The translations under genes were made by a program, and so were the position numbers. This document shows, piece after piece, positions 21,548 to 31,244 of a DNA stretch of 64,000 nucleotides. How positions within the stretch are numbered: the first letter of the stretch is position 1; every line of letters starts with the position of its first letter. The notes under the pieces were generated by a model. It was not told where the DNA came from. It did not search any database and worked only from the letters and a program-made list of their open reading frames with translations. This stretch comes from an uncultured virus (IMG/VR IMGVR_UViG_3300049791_000126) (taxonomy: Duplodnaviria; Heunggongvirae; Uroviricota; Caudoviricetes), in IMG/VR virus record IMGVR_UViG_3300049791_000126; one strand, written 5' to 3'.

Positions 21548-22660
21548 ATGAGCATTTTCAACCCCAAGAGCAAGAACGCGACGCCGCTCAGCGGCAGCGT
21601 CATGCCGAACTACACGCCAATCAACGGGATGCGAGGCTTTTCCGGGAGCATCCTCCCGAACTACACGCCCATCGCGCGCTACCAGCAAAACCAGATGGGC
21701 GAGTATTTCACGAATGGCGCCGTGCAAGGCCTCGGATCGTCGGCTGCGCCGGGGGAAATTCCCTGGCAGTGCTGGAACGTGCAGGCCTTTCAGGATTGCC
21801 ACGCGGCGCAATGGGCAGCGGCTCACGACGACTGCGTCAAGAACGCCGCGCAATATGGCATGTCGGTCGACGACTGCACGACGGCGTACTCGGCGGGCAA
21901 TGACGGCTCGGTCTGCGTGCCGAAATACTGTGGTCAGTACGCGGCCGTCGCGGCGACCACTGCAGCGCTCGACGCGGCGACCGTGAAGAAAGCGCAGACG
22001 CAGCTGAACGCCGACCTCAGTCGAAACGGCTACAAGACGATCTCGGTCGACGGAAAGCTCGGTCCTGCCACGTGCGGCGCGGCGTTCTATCTGTATGGCA
22101 CGAACCCTCGTCAATCGACGGTGTGGACCGACTACAACATCTACGCCTACTGCGGCAACGTTGCAGGCACCAACCCCACCCTCGTCGGCGCATCGAAGCC
22201 CCTCACGACATACGTCGCGCCGACGGTCAACATCGTGCAGGGCCAACAGGTTGCAGCCGCCATCACGCATCAATGGGGCGTCGAAGACGCGGAGATAGCG
22301 GCCCTTCAAGGGAACATCAACCGCATCCTCGACAGCTACGGGTATTTGTCGATCCCCATCACGAACAAACTCGACGCGCAGACGTGCGGCGCGATGAAGT
22401 GGATCGGGGACAACACCGGCAACAACCTCCTGACCATGAACGGGCAAAATTGCCAGGCCTACACGCTGCCGACGAAGAAGCCCGCAGCGCAGTTGCCGTC
22501 GACCGCGCCGAAAGGCTCGACCCCACCGGGCGTGGCGCCGCCCGCGCCGACGCCTCCCGGGACGCACCCGCTCACGAGCGCCTCCATGCTCGTCGGCGGA
22601 CTAGCGCTCGCAGTGGCAGGCGTCGGCTACTACTACGCCAAGAAAAAAGGCATGGTCTGA
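21548..22660 (+). CDS. Tail-anchored protein with two peptidoglycan-binding-like domains
   Basis: AQTQLN...VDGKLGPAT and ALQGNIN...NKLDAQT; VQGLG; TM plus KKK. Confidence 0.75.
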   Translation: MSIFNPKSKNATPLSGSVMPNYTPINGMRGFSGSILPNYTPIARYQQNQMGEYFTNGAVQGLGSSAAPGEIPWQCWNVQAFQDCHAAQWAAAHDDCVKNAAQYGMSVDDCTTAYSAGNDGSVCVPKYCGQYAAVAATTAALDAATVKKAQTQLNADLSRNGYKTISVDGKLGPATCGAAFYLYGTNPRQSTVWTDYNIYAYCGNVAGTNPTLVGASKPLTTYVAPTVNIVQGQQVAAAITHQWGVEDAEIAALQGNINRILDSYGYLSIPITNKLDAQTCGAMKWIGDNTGNNLLTMNGQNCQAYTLPTKKPAAQLPSTAPKGSTPPGVAPPAPTPPGTHPLTSASMLVGGLALAVAGVGYYYAKKKGMV

Positions 22661-22663
22661 TCA

Positions 22664-23074
22664 ATGACTCGCCGCACATACGTCGAAGTCGCCAACTCCT
22701 ACGCCCCTTTCACGCAGGCAGTGCTCCAGGGGCTAGGGGAAGAGACGCAACTTCAAAACGGCTGGCCCGCGGGGCGGAGCTACATCGGCATCGCGCACTT
22801 CCGCGCGCCGTATGACGAGTTCGGGTACTTCCAGGACGGGACGCTCCAAGGACTCGGCGCGGTCGCATCGAACGAGATGTTGGCGATCGACAACCGTGCG
22901 CCGGGCGCGGTCAAGCGTTTCCTCCTCGCCGGAGATCCGGTCTCGTCGCTGCGCGCGGACGTGACGCTCCCCTTCAATCAGATCCACCCGTACGTGTACG
23001 GCGTGCTCGCCGTCGCCGCGGCGGCCACGAGCTACGTCAGCTACAAGCGCTGGAAGAAGAGCCACGGAACCTGA
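22664..23074 (+). CDS. Tail-anchored protein
   Basis: LQGLG twice; TM plus KRWKK. Confidence 0.75.
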   Translation: MTRRTYVEVANSYAPFTQAVLQGLGEETQLQNGWPAGRSYIGIAHFRAPYDEFGYFQDGTLQGLGAVASNEMLAIDNRAPGAVKRFLLAGDPVSSLRADVTLPFNQIHPYVYGVLAVAAAATSYVSYKRWKKSHGT

Positions 23075-23080
23075 GGCCTG

Positions 23081-23971
23081 ATGTTTACTGCCACGATCTA
23101 CGATCTCGCTGGGCTCGCAGTGACCAAATTCGGTCTCCGCGGCATCGACTGGGCCGCGCTCACGACCCAAGGGCGAGGGAGCGTGTGGGATCGGGACTAC
23201 ATCACGGGCTACATGGCCCCCGCGCAAGCCGCGATGGTAGCCGCGATCGGCGGCATGGCCTTCGATGTGGGCGGCGATCCGGTGATGGTGCAGAAGAGCT
23301 ACTCGGTCAACGAAGAGGCCCTGCGATCGATCGCCTCCTCCGTCTTGCCGATCGTCAATGGCCCGAACCCCGCGCTCGGTCAAGTCGAAGTCGGGCTGTC
23401 ACGCGAAGCGATCCGTTACCTCGTGAGCCACGCCTACCAGGCGTCCTTGTACGCATTCATGCTGCACGCCGATGAGACCATTCATCACTCGGGCCTGTCG
23501 GACGCGGAGATCGCCTCCCACGCCAACACGGCAGTCGGCACCATGAACGCCCTCGTCATGATGCGGAACCTCGGTCTCTACAAAGTGCTCGGGATCGACC
23601 AGACCCAGAGCTCCCAAAAGGGCCTCGGTATTGCGCCAGCGATCGTCATCGGCGCCGTCGTCGTTTTGGTGGCGGCGCTTTGCCTAGTCGCTTGGGTCAT
23701 CGTGAGCGCGATCGATCTGACGAAGAAGAACGCCATCGTCGCCAAGGTCTGCGAGAACGCTCAGACCGCAGGGGACGCAGCGACGACGCAGCAGTGCGTC
23801 GCGACGCTGACCGATCCCAGCAAGAACGCCGCTACGACCGTCCCGAAGCTGGTCAAGGATACCCTGCTCGGGCTCGTCCCCTACGCATTCGGGGGCATCG
23901 CGATCTATGCGATGTATCTCGCCGCGCCCTACGTCATCAAGAACCTGCTCACCAAGAAGGCTTCGGCCTGA
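23081..23971 (+). CDS. Membrane protein with two TMs
   Basis: QKGLG directly before a TM; C-terminal TM plus KK. Confidence 0.75.
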   Translation: MFTATIYDLAGLAVTKFGLRGIDWAALTTQGRGSVWDRDYITGYMAPAQAAMVAAIGGMAFDVGGDPVMVQKSYSVNEEALRSIASSVLPIVNGPNPALGQVEVGLSREAIRYLVSHAYQASLYAFMLHADETIHHSGLSDAEIASHANTAVGTMNALVMMRNLGLYKVLGIDQTQSSQKGLGIAPAIVIGAVVVLVAALCLVAWVIVSAIDLTKKNAIVAKVCENAQTAGDAATTQQCVATLTDPSKNAATTVPKLVKDTLLGLVPYAFGGIAIYAMYLAAPYVIKNLLTKKASA

Positions 23972-23984
23972 AGAGAGATCTCCC

Positions 23985-24464
23985 ATGCCTGATCTTGCAT
24001 TGCTCGATATTCACAAGCGCTACACCGTCGTCACCCGCATTGGCGACGGCACCGATGGAGATTCGCTCTCCGGCCAAAACGTCAACAACTTCCCTGCGGG
24101 CGCCCTCTTCTACGTCGCCGAATCAAACCGGCTCTACGCTCTCCGCAAAGGCATCCCTGACGCAGTCGGCGAGCAAAACGGACTCAACGTCGTCGATGGC
24201 ATCGGATCGTCAGCAGCGGCGGGACGCTTCGTCGCCGTGCAGCAGTTTGCGACGGGCGTACTTTCGGCAGGGTCAGCCATCATGACGGGTTTCGATCTCT
24301 CCGCCGGCGGACACTTCCTCGTGGGCTACGTCACCCCTGGCGGCACGCAGGGTTTCCTCCGCGCCGCCAAGACCGCGGACAACGTCGTGACGGTCACGAG
24401 TTCGTCAGGATCGGACACGTCGACTGTGACCGTGCTCTATCTCGAAGATCCGACCGCAGTCTGA
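23985..24464 (+). CDS. Beta-rich putative spike/decoration protein, paralogue A
   Basis: GDSLSGQNVNNFPAGALFYV...AGRFVA...SDTSTV shared with the next gene. Confidence 0.7.
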   Translation: MPDLALLDIHKRYTVVTRIGDGTDGDSLSGQNVNNFPAGALFYVAESNRLYALRKGIPDAVGEQNGLNVVDGIGSSAAAGRFVAVQQFATGVLSAGSAIMTGFDLSAGGHFLVGYVTPGGTQGFLRAAKTADNVVTVTSSSGSDTSTVTVLYLEDPTAV

Positions 24465-24505
24465 TTCAGACACAAAAAAAACCCACAAAAAAAGAGAGTA
24501 GCAAC

Positions 24506-25018
24506 ATGGCAGACAATGCACCCACGACAATTGGCGTCGGAAAACGGACCGTCATCCTCAACTCGATCGGCACGCAGGGCGACAAGTCCGACGGTCAATC
24601 GCTCCGCGGCCAGAACGTCAACGCCTTCCCAGCGGCGACGCTCTTCTACGTCCGCGACTCGGATCGGATGTACCGCCTCAAGAAGAACATGGCCGTCGCC
24701 ATCGCCGAAGACACGAGCGGCATGGACAACGTCATCAACGGCCTCGGATCTGATGCAACCGCGGGCCGCTTCGTCGCGCTCGTGCAGATGGGCATCGGGA
24801 CATTTACTGGCGGCGAAGGCACGAGCATCGTCGATATCGCCGGATGGGATGTCAATCCGGGAGGCTGGTTTCACGTCTCGTATTCGGTGATCGGCGGATC
24901 TCCCAGCATCATCAGCGCAGAGGCGATCAGCGAGACCACGGTCCGTGTGACTTCCCAGAGCGGCACCGATACGAGCACCGTATTCGTGACGTACTATCAG
25001 ACGCCGAGCGCTGAGTAA
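24506..25018 (+). CDS. Beta-rich putative spike/decoration protein, paralogue B
   Basis: GQSLRGQNVNAFPAATLFYV...AGRFVA...TDTSTV. Confidence 0.7.
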   Translation: MADNAPTTIGVGKRTVILNSIGTQGDKSDGQSLRGQNVNAFPAATLFYVRDSDRMYRLKKNMAVAIAEDTSGMDNVINGLGSDATAGRFVALVQMGIGTFTGGEGTSIVDIAGWDVNPGGWFHVSYSVIGGSPSIISAEAISETTVRVTSQSGTDTSTVFVTYYQTPSAE

Positions 25019-25033
25019 ACGAGTCCCGCTTCC

Positions 25034-25363
25034 ATGATCTATTCGCGCTGGCGCCCGGACACGGGCGGGTATGATTACTTCGACAGCCCGAGCACCCGCT
25101 ACGGGCTCGGCGATGATCTGCCCGTCCCGCGCCTCACGGATACCACCGAGCTTGGTGTGGCGTCGACCGACATCGGTCGCCAGACGCCGAGCGACGCGGT
25201 GCTCGTCGGATCCGGACCCATCGCTCGCGGCATGATTACGCCCATGAGCACCTCGGGCCTGAAGGGCTTGGGACTCGATTTTTCATCCGAAGGGGTGAAG
25301 CTAGGCGCCGCGATCTTGGTCGCGCTGGGGCTTGGGTTTCTGCTAGGAAAATCTCGTCGCTGA
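25034..25363 (+). CDS. Tail-anchored protein
   Basis: RYGLG and LKGLG; TM plus KSRR. Confidence 0.7.
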   Translation: MIYSRWRPDTGGYDYFDSPSTRYGLGDDLPVPRLTDTTELGVASTDIGRQTPSDAVLVGSGPIARGMITPMSTSGLKGLGLDFSSEGVKLGAAILVALGLGFLLGKSRR

Positions 25364-25381
25364 TCGACTACCAGTAACCTC

Positions 25382-25948
25382 ATGGGCCGTCGCCTCCTCA
25401 TCAACCGATCCGATCTCGACTCCGCCAAGCGGATCCGGGAGACCTTCGTCGATCGCAAGATGGAGAAAAAAGTCCCCATCCACTGGTCGTGGCCGAGGAA
25501 GATCTACTGCGTGGGGCAGTCGGAGGCGGTCAAATACACGAGCGACAAATGGAAGAAACGCGGCGACTACCAAGACTACAAGCATGTCGCTGAGGGTCCG
25601 CAGCAGCTCTTCGTGAGGGAAGGCTTCCTCGTCGACTACACGTCGCGCAAACGCCTCGACTTCCCCTGCGAAGAAGTGATTCTGCCTGCCCGCATGCCGA
25701 CGGTCATCGCCGAGCTCGCGCCGATCTTGGGGCTCGAGTTCCAGCCGTACGCAGAGCCCGAAGATGACGATGCCGAGCTCGTGCTGTCGGAAACGTACCG
25801 AGCCATCGACATCACGCGCGCGTACGTGGGCGCTGCCGTGCATCCCGAAACCCACCAGACATTCCTCATCGTCTACACACGGAGCGAACTCTGCGCGATC
25901 ATTACGGGCGACATCTTGGGCGTAGAAAAAGACGGGATCATCGGCTGA
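25382..25948 (+). CDS. Hypothetical soluble protein
   Basis: Open frame with GC3 bias inside the operon. Confidence 0.7.
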   Translation: MGRRLLINRSDLDSAKRIRETFVDRKMEKKVPIHWSWPRKIYCVGQSEAVKYTSDKWKKRGDYQDYKHVAEGPQQLFVREGFLVDYTSRKRLDFPCEEVILPARMPTVIAELAPILGLEFQPYAEPEDDDAELVLSETYRAIDITRAYVGAAVHPETHQTFLIVYTRSELCAIITGDILGVEKDGIIG

Positions 25949-25951
25949 GCC

Positions 25952-27532
25952 ATGGCCTACACACGCATCCCGCAAGGCAGAGGCTACGCGGGCTACAATG
26001 ATTTGCCGGGAACGGCCGCTTCCAAGGTCGTAACCGATTACCGCAACCAAGCGACAGCGGCCGGGGCTGGCATCGCCGATCAATCCAAAGCGGGCGCCAT
26101 CGCCTTCGCTCAGCAGCAACTCGATAACTACCCGTCAGTCGCCCAAGTGCTGATGGAGTACGACACGTACTCGAGCTACCTGAAGTCGATCGCCGGATTC
26201 AACCCGGCAGATCTCCAAGATCCGAGCAAGGTCGTCGATCTGATGAAGCAGGCGCTCATCGCCTATGCCAAGGACAATGGGATCCCGACCAACACGAAAG
26301 AGTTCGAGGCGTACGTGGCCTCCGTCGCCTCGTCCGAGCTGGGCGTCCCGATCCCGTCGAGTTGGCCTTCCAACGTCAAGGAGCTCAAATCGGTCGCAGT
26401 CGATTTGGCCTGCACCGCAGTCGTGATGTACACGGGCGTCGATCCGAAGGCCATCGTAGTCACGGTCGATGCGCTCATGGATGGAAAACTCAGCCCCGAG
26501 GAATGCGAAGCGATCGGTGCCGCAGCGGGCGCCATCGCGGGCGCTGTCATCGGACAAGCGGTCGGCATACCCGCGCCCATCGGGGCATTCATCGGCGGCC
26601 TCATCGGTCAAGACATCGGTGGCACCCTCGGTCAGATTTTCGGCGCAGGCCCATCTGGCACCGAAGAGATGAATGCACGTATCAACGCTGCCAAGTCCTG
26701 GGCGCAAGCGAAGCTCGATCAGGCGAACGCAGCCTGCTCACAATCGCGCTCGGTGTACTGGGAGACCTTCGATACCCTGATCCTCGCAACCGAGCTCCAG
26801 TGGGAAGCAGCCGAAACGCAGATCGGTTGGCGCTTCGGCATCCGCTGGTTTGGGATTGAGACCTACGCCGCGCGCGGACAGGCGTTTTCGCATACCTGGG
26901 ATCCGGCGAAGAAGACATTCACCGGCGCGCTCACGAGCGCTTGGCGCGCGACGCAACTCGGCCCAGGCAAACCGATGGAGACGTACTATTCGGATAATGG
27001 GGTCGACAAGATCGCCCGCTCGATGTTGTACACCTACAATTGCCCGTTCGATTTCGGCTGCCCTTATCCGGTCGTGTCTAACTTGCCGATGCCGGAGGGC
27101 AGTGCTGCCCGAGTGGGGCAAGCGTTTCTGGCGCGCGGCGCGTTGTGGCTTCCGCCGGGTCAGCGGAATTACCAGTGCAGCTATCCGCCCCCGAACCTCG
27201 ATCAGCTCTTCAATGAGGCGAAGTACGCGTGGATCGAAGCGATGCAGCGCGACCTCAATTACGAGCAGGCCGCGATCAGGGCCCTCCAGATCTTGTCGGT
27301 CACCGTCGTCGGCGATTTAGTGAAGACGACGGCGGTCGTCGCAACCGAAAAGAAAATGAACGACATCCTGAAGGCTTCGCAGCTCGATCTCAACCGATCT
27401 GCGATCCAGCGTGCGCAGGCGATCGGTACCGCTCAACGCACTGGAAAAAATCTCTCTGACCTCTGCAACTACGGCATGCTGGCCCTCGGCGTCGGCGCGC
27501 TCGGGGCGCTTGCCTGGAAGAGGAACCGATGA
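25952..27532 (+). CDS. 526-aa membrane protein with glycine-zipper helices (possible DNA-delivery protein)
   Basis: GAAAGAIAGAVIG...GAFIGGLIG glycine zippers; C-terminal TM plus KRNR. Confidence 0.75.
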   Translation: MAYTRIPQGRGYAGYNDLPGTAASKVVTDYRNQATAAGAGIADQSKAGAIAFAQQQLDNYPSVAQVLMEYDTYSSYLKSIAGFNPADLQDPSKVVDLMKQALIAYAKDNGIPTNTKEFEAYVASVASSELGVPIPSSWPSNVKELKSVAVDLACTAVVMYTGVDPKAIVVTVDALMDGKLSPEECEAIGAAAGAIAGAVIGQAVGIPAPIGAFIGGLIGQDIGGTLGQIFGAGPSGTEEMNARINAAKSWAQAKLDQANAACSQSRSVYWETFDTLILATELQWEAAETQIGWRFGIRWFGIETYAARGQAFSHTWDPAKKTFTGALTSAWRATQLGPGKPMETYYSDNGVDKIARSMLYTYNCPFDFGCPYPVVSNLPMPEGSAARVGQAFLARGALWLPPGQRNYQCSYPPPNLDQLFNEAKYAWIEAMQRDLNYEQAAIRALQILSVTVVGDLVKTTAVVATEKKMNDILKASQLDLNRSAIQRAQAIGTAQRTGKNLSDLCNYGMLALGVGALGALAWKRNR

Positions 27533-27915
27533 GGGCATTTGTTTTCCCGAAGACGACCCCGCCCCCTGTGCAGCCGGCTATCGCCCCAGCCCCCGCAGCC
27601 CCGAGCCCTGCCGATCTGTACGCAGCTCAAGCGGCGCGCGTGCGGGCCTACAAAGATGCGCTCGCGCGTCTGTACCCCGCTTGGTCGACGCTCCCGACGG
27701 CCCCCTACCCGCCGAGCAGCGATACCACGAATTTCCCCCGCACGGGCAGCCCCGAGCTCATCGTGAGCCGGTCCGGCATCAACGCAGCTCAGCTCGCCGA
27801 GCCTGGAAAAATCACCCAAGCGCTCAACCAAGAGGCGGTCCTACGCCGCCCGAAGCTGAACGCCTACTTCCTCGTCGGCGCCGCGTGCCTCACGGTATAC
27901 CTCGTCATCCGCTGA
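27529..27915 (+). CDS. Tail-anchored Pro-rich protein
   Basis: ATGA overlap; C-terminal TM. Confidence 0.7.
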   Translation: MRAFVFPKTTPPPVQPAIAPAPAAPSPADLYAAQAARVRAYKDALARLYPAWSTLPTAPYPPSSDTTNFPRTGSPELIVSRSGINAAQLAEPGKITQALNQEAVLRRPKLNAYFLVGAACLTVYLVIR

Positions 27916-27979
27916 AGGCCTTATTTTCAGGCTGAATCGTGCGCGCTCGAGAAAAACCGTCAGCTCTCACCTCAAAAAG

Positions 27980-28008
27980 TTGACGAAGATCCCCGGGTCT
28001 TTTAGGCT
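27980..28008 (+). promoter_or_regulatory. Sigma70-like promoter of the core/capsid operon
   Basis: TTGACG-N17-TAGGCT with an A-tract just upstream. Confidence 0.6.
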
Positions 28009-28088
28009 TCCATTCACCGCAACGGTTTAGCCGGGTTCGTCAGGACCGCTAGAGCGCTCTGAAGGGAGCGCAGAGGTCTGTCCTGACG

Positions 28089-30188
28089 ATGGCTACTGGT
28101 CGCGTATACCGCATCAAAAAGTCCGCTGTAAAAGGGTATGGCTATACCAGCCCGCGCTCGGCGAAGAAGCGTGGCTTGAAGCGCAACGGCCCGCGCTTCG
28201 CCGCCAACGGCTCAGTGACGCACATCGCGGCCATCAATGGTCGGGGATCCTACCGCACGGCGCGCCGTACGATGAGCGGTCTCTCTGCCAATCGCCGCCC
28301 CGCCGCTGCTCGCTCGAGTCTGAGCGCCGCGAAGAAGGCAGCGTTCGCGAAGCGAATGCGCGCGGCCAAGGGCAAGCTGTCGCCGAAACGGCGATCGGGG
28401 CCTCAGCGCAAGCTTTCCCGTCGCCTCTCGCATTCCTCGCTCCGGCGCAACGACGTGTCCCCCGCCCAAGAGCGGATCTGGGAGCGTGCGGCCTCTCGTC
28501 ACACCGATCCCTGGGGCACGCCGAAGAAAAAGCGTCGCGCCAAAAAGAAGACTGCCGCTCCAAAATCTCGCCGTCGCAAGACGGTCTCGAAAGCAACAAG
28601 GAAGAAACCCATGGCTCGTAAAGTTCGTCGCCGTAAAGCGGGCGCCAAGCGCACCGCCCCGAAGCGCCGGGTGGCCAAGCGCCGCACGGTCAAGCGTCGT
28701 CGCAAGGCGGCGAAGAAGACGGTAGCTGCTCCGAAACGTCGGAAGCGCCGTAAGGCCAAGACCACGCTGAAGGCCAACCGCCGCCGATCGCGTCGTCGGC
28801 TGAAGCGCAACAAGGGTACCAGTGTCGGCGCGAAGCGCGGCTGGCGCGTACGCAAGCGAAAGTACGCGGCCACAAGCTACGTGAAACCGGGCACCAAGCG
28901 GAAGCGTCGCAAGTCTCGCCGCAAGGCATCGGCGGTCGCTCCGAAGCGAAAGCGTCGTCGGTCCGCAAAACGGAAGACGGCTCGCCGCGGCAAGCGGAAG
29001 CTTTCCATGAAGAAGTCTGCCGTTGCAGCGCGTCGTCGTCGCCGGGCCGCAGCCAAGGGCCTCAAGCCCAATCGTCGCCGGTCACGTCGATCTCGTCGCA
29101 AGATGAGTACGAACCGCCGTCGTCACCGGAGTAATCGCCGCCGGGCCCTCAGTCCGAATCGTCGTCGCCGGCACTCGCGCCGACGCATGTCCTCGAACCG
29201 CCGCCGTCATCGGCGTAACGGTCGCCGCCTCTTCAAGAAGAACGGCGTGGGCGACACCCTGAAGTTCATTGCGGTCACGGGCGGTCTCGCGCTCGTCGGT
29301 CTCGTCGGTCAGAAGGTGCTCACGAACCTCTTGGTGAACAACGTGTTCAACAAGATCTTCGGAGCCCCAGCGGTCGTCGTCGCCACTTCCCCGGCCACGA
29401 GCGCGCTCGTCGCTCCGGCAACTTCGGGTCTCGGTGGGCTTTCACTCGATCCGCAGTACCAGAAGCTCGGCGCTGCTGCCATCGTCGCGGGCTTGGGCGT
29501 CTTCGCCTCGACGAAGCTCATCAAGGATGCGGGAACGCGCAACACCGTGATGACCGGCATCGCGGTCGGCTTCACCCACACCCTGCTCACGGCGGTTTTG
29601 GCCAAATTCATGCCGAGCCACGCAGACATGCTGAACGGTGATGGGACCGCAGCGCGCCTCAGCGCGATGTATGGTCTCGGCGCCGGGACGAGTCTGCAGC
29701 CGCGGTACCAGAGCATCGGGCGACCGATGGGCGAGTACTTCAGCTCAGGCGTGAACGGTCTCGGGGAGTACTTCTCCTCGGGCACGGCAGGCCTCGGTGA
29801 GTACTTCTCGAGCGGCGTGAACGGTCTCGGGCTCCCTGCGTACGAAGCCGCTGCCGGCTACGGCGCGAACCCCGACTTTGCGGAAGCGGCGGCCGGCATG
29901 GGCGCTCGCGAACTGCAAGACACCAACCACGTCGATCCGCACGGCGACCTCGATCGTGAACTGACGATCGCGGAAGCAGCGGCGGGCGTCGGCTCGCTCC
30001 CGAGCTACGAGGCCGCGGCCGGCTTCGGCAACGTGAACACTCTTCCCACCACTTCGACCTGGATCCCCGGGACGAGCGACGGGCAGATCTGGGCCGGGAC
30101 CCGGTCCATCTCGCAGCCGCAAAGTGCGACCGAGATGGTGCCGGCCGGCATCCTGCAGACCGACGGCGGTCAAGGCGTGTTCGGCTGA
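28089..30188 (+). CDS. Arg/Lys-rich (protamine/histone H1-like) putative DNA-condensing core polyprotein with TM segments
   Basis: About 380 N-terminal aa dominated by R/K, then hydrophobic helices, then GLGEYFSS and EAAAG repeats. Confidence 0.8.
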   Translation: MATGRVYRIKKSAVKGYGYTSPRSAKKRGLKRNGPRFAANGSVTHIAAINGRGSYRTARRTMSGLSANRRPAAARSSLSAAKKAAFAKRMRAAKGKLSPKRRSGPQRKLSRRLSHSSLRRNDVSPAQERIWERAASRHTDPWGTPKKKRRAKKKTAAPKSRRRKTVSKATRKKPMARKVRRRKAGAKRTAPKRRVAKRRTVKRRRKAAKKTVAAPKRRKRRKAKTTLKANRRRSRRRLKRNKGTSVGAKRGWRVRKRKYAATSYVKPGTKRKRRKSRRKASAVAPKRKRRRSAKRKTARRGKRKLSMKKSAVAARRRRRAAAKGLKPNRRRSRRSRRKMSTNRRRHRSNRRRALSPNRRRRHSRRRMSSNRRRHRRNGRRLFKKNGVGDTLKFIAVTGGLALVGLVGQKVLTNLLVNNVFNKIFGAPAVVVATSPATSALVAPATSGLGGLSLDPQYQKLGAAAIVAGLGVFASTKLIKDAGTRNTVMTGIAVGFTHTLLTAVLAKFMPSHADMLNGDGTAARLSAMYGLGAGTSLQPRYQSIGRPMGEYFSSGVNGLGEYFSSGTAGLGEYFSSGVNGLGLPAYEAAAGYGANPDFAEAAAGMGARELQDTNHVDPHGDLDRELTIAEAAAGVGSLPSYEAAAGFGNVNTLPTTSTWIPGTSDGQIWAGTRSISQPQSATEMVPAGILQTDGGQGVFG
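29727..29831 (+). repeat. Three 33-bp coding tandem repeats (GEYFSSGxxGL)
   Basis: MGEYFSSGVNGLGEYFSSGTAGLGEYFSSGVNGLG. Confidence 0.9.
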
Positions 30189-30222
30189 TTGAAGAAAACC
30201 GCCCGCTAGGGTGATTCGCTCC

Positions 30223-30259
30223 GAGCCCGGTATCTCTGGAAAACCAGAGACCCGGGCTT
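30223..30259 (+). other. Intergenic stem-loop upstream of the putative major capsid gene
   Basis: GAGCCCGG-TA-TCTCTGG-AAAA-CCAGAGA-C-CCGGGCTT. Confidence 0.7.
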
Positions 30260-30331
30260 GGGGTGTTGTTCGGGCCAATGAGGAACCAGCCTCAATAAAA
30301 ATGGAAGCCCGCGCAAAAGGAAGATCTCATC

Positions 30332-31087
30332 ATGGCCAAAGTAGTCTCGATTCGTGAGCGCGTTCATCAGCCCTTCTTCGACACCCTGATTCGGACCGGC
30401 GGTTATTCCGCGGGCACCGTGCAGGACGGCACGGACTTGTTCGGCGGCAACGGCGCTGTCCGCACGCCGGCAACGACCAACCTCCTGAACGGCTCGACGC
30501 TCCCGAGCGATCAGTCGCACGTCGTTCTGGCGCTGCGCGTGTTCAGCTGGTACCGAAACAGCATACTGCGCGTCGCGGGCGGCGTGGACGGCGAACTCGC
30601 CCTCAACGGCGACTACGGCAACTTGGCCCTGTGGACTGGTTCAGGCGCTGGCGTCGGTCAGGCCCCCGGCCAGATCGAAGACGTGTTCCGCCTGCACTGG
30701 CAGACGGAAGAGCAACTTCACTGGAGCTTCGGCACCGGCGAGAAGTTCTCGATCACGAACATGCCGACTTGGTACTTCCCCACGGGCGGCGGCCTCTCGG
30801 CCCAGCTCGGCGGCGCGACGGACCTCATCCACATGCAGAACTCCGGCACGGACGGCCACTCGGGTATCTTGCGGCTCGCCCGCGCGATCCTGATCCCCCC
30901 GCGCCAGAACATCAAGTGCACGGCGAACATCTACGCCCTGCCGACGGACGCCAACTCGCAGATCGCGGCGACCAGCCAAGGTCAGCGCAACATGTTGAGC
31001 CTCCGCGACAACTTGAACGCCATCGACGCGATCAACAAGGTCGTGACGTTCACGTTCGACGGGCTCTTCAGCCGAGACGTGCAGTAA
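30332..31087 (+). CDS. Putative major capsid protein, single jelly-roll-like
   Basis: Strong RBS (AAAAGGAAG), very high GC3, beta-rich; QPFFDT...TNLLNGSTLP pattern recalled from tailless-virus capsid proteins; flanked by hairpins; not HK97-like. Confidence 0.55.
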   Translation: MAKVVSIRERVHQPFFDTLIRTGGYSAGTVQDGTDLFGGNGAVRTPATTNLLNGSTLPSDQSHVVLALRVFSWYRNSILRVAGGVDGELALNGDYGNLALWTGSGAGVGQAPGQIEDVFRLHWQTEEQLHWSFGTGEKFSITNMPTWYFPTGGGLSAQLGGATDLIHMQNSGTDGHSGILRLARAILIPPRQNIKCTANIYALPTDANSQIAATSQGQRNMLSLRDNLNAIDAINKVVTFTFDGLFSRDVQ

Positions 31088-31129
31088 CGATTCGCTCCGC
31101 TCGGGGTCTGCGCCTGAGCGGGTTGAACC

Positions 31130-31180
31130 AACCCAGAGCAGCGGCTCGCTCTTCTTGAGCTGAGCCGCTGAATCTGGGTT
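31130..31180 (+). terminator. Long stem-loop (terminator, attenuator or processing site) after the putative MCP
   Basis: AACCCAGA-G-CAGCGGCTC-GCTC-TTCTT-GAGC-T-GAGCCGCTG-AA-TCTGGGTT followed by TCTGT. Confidence 0.6.
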
Positions 31181-31244
31181 TCTGTAGGCACCCGCCCTTC
31201 GCGGGGTACTTCATCCGCAGCGCGGAGAAGGCACTCGAAGTATC

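Noticed and set aside
20999..22567. Long minus-strand ORFs (also 35882-37288, 31068-32180, 39451-40455)
   Set aside because: Antisense shadows of GC3-biased + strand genes
24473..24494. A-tracts before several genes (also about 4573, 13485, 20238) as phase-variable or DGR signals
   Set aside because: Intergenic and next to start codons, so most likely translation enhancers; no reverse transcriptase or TR/VR pair was seen
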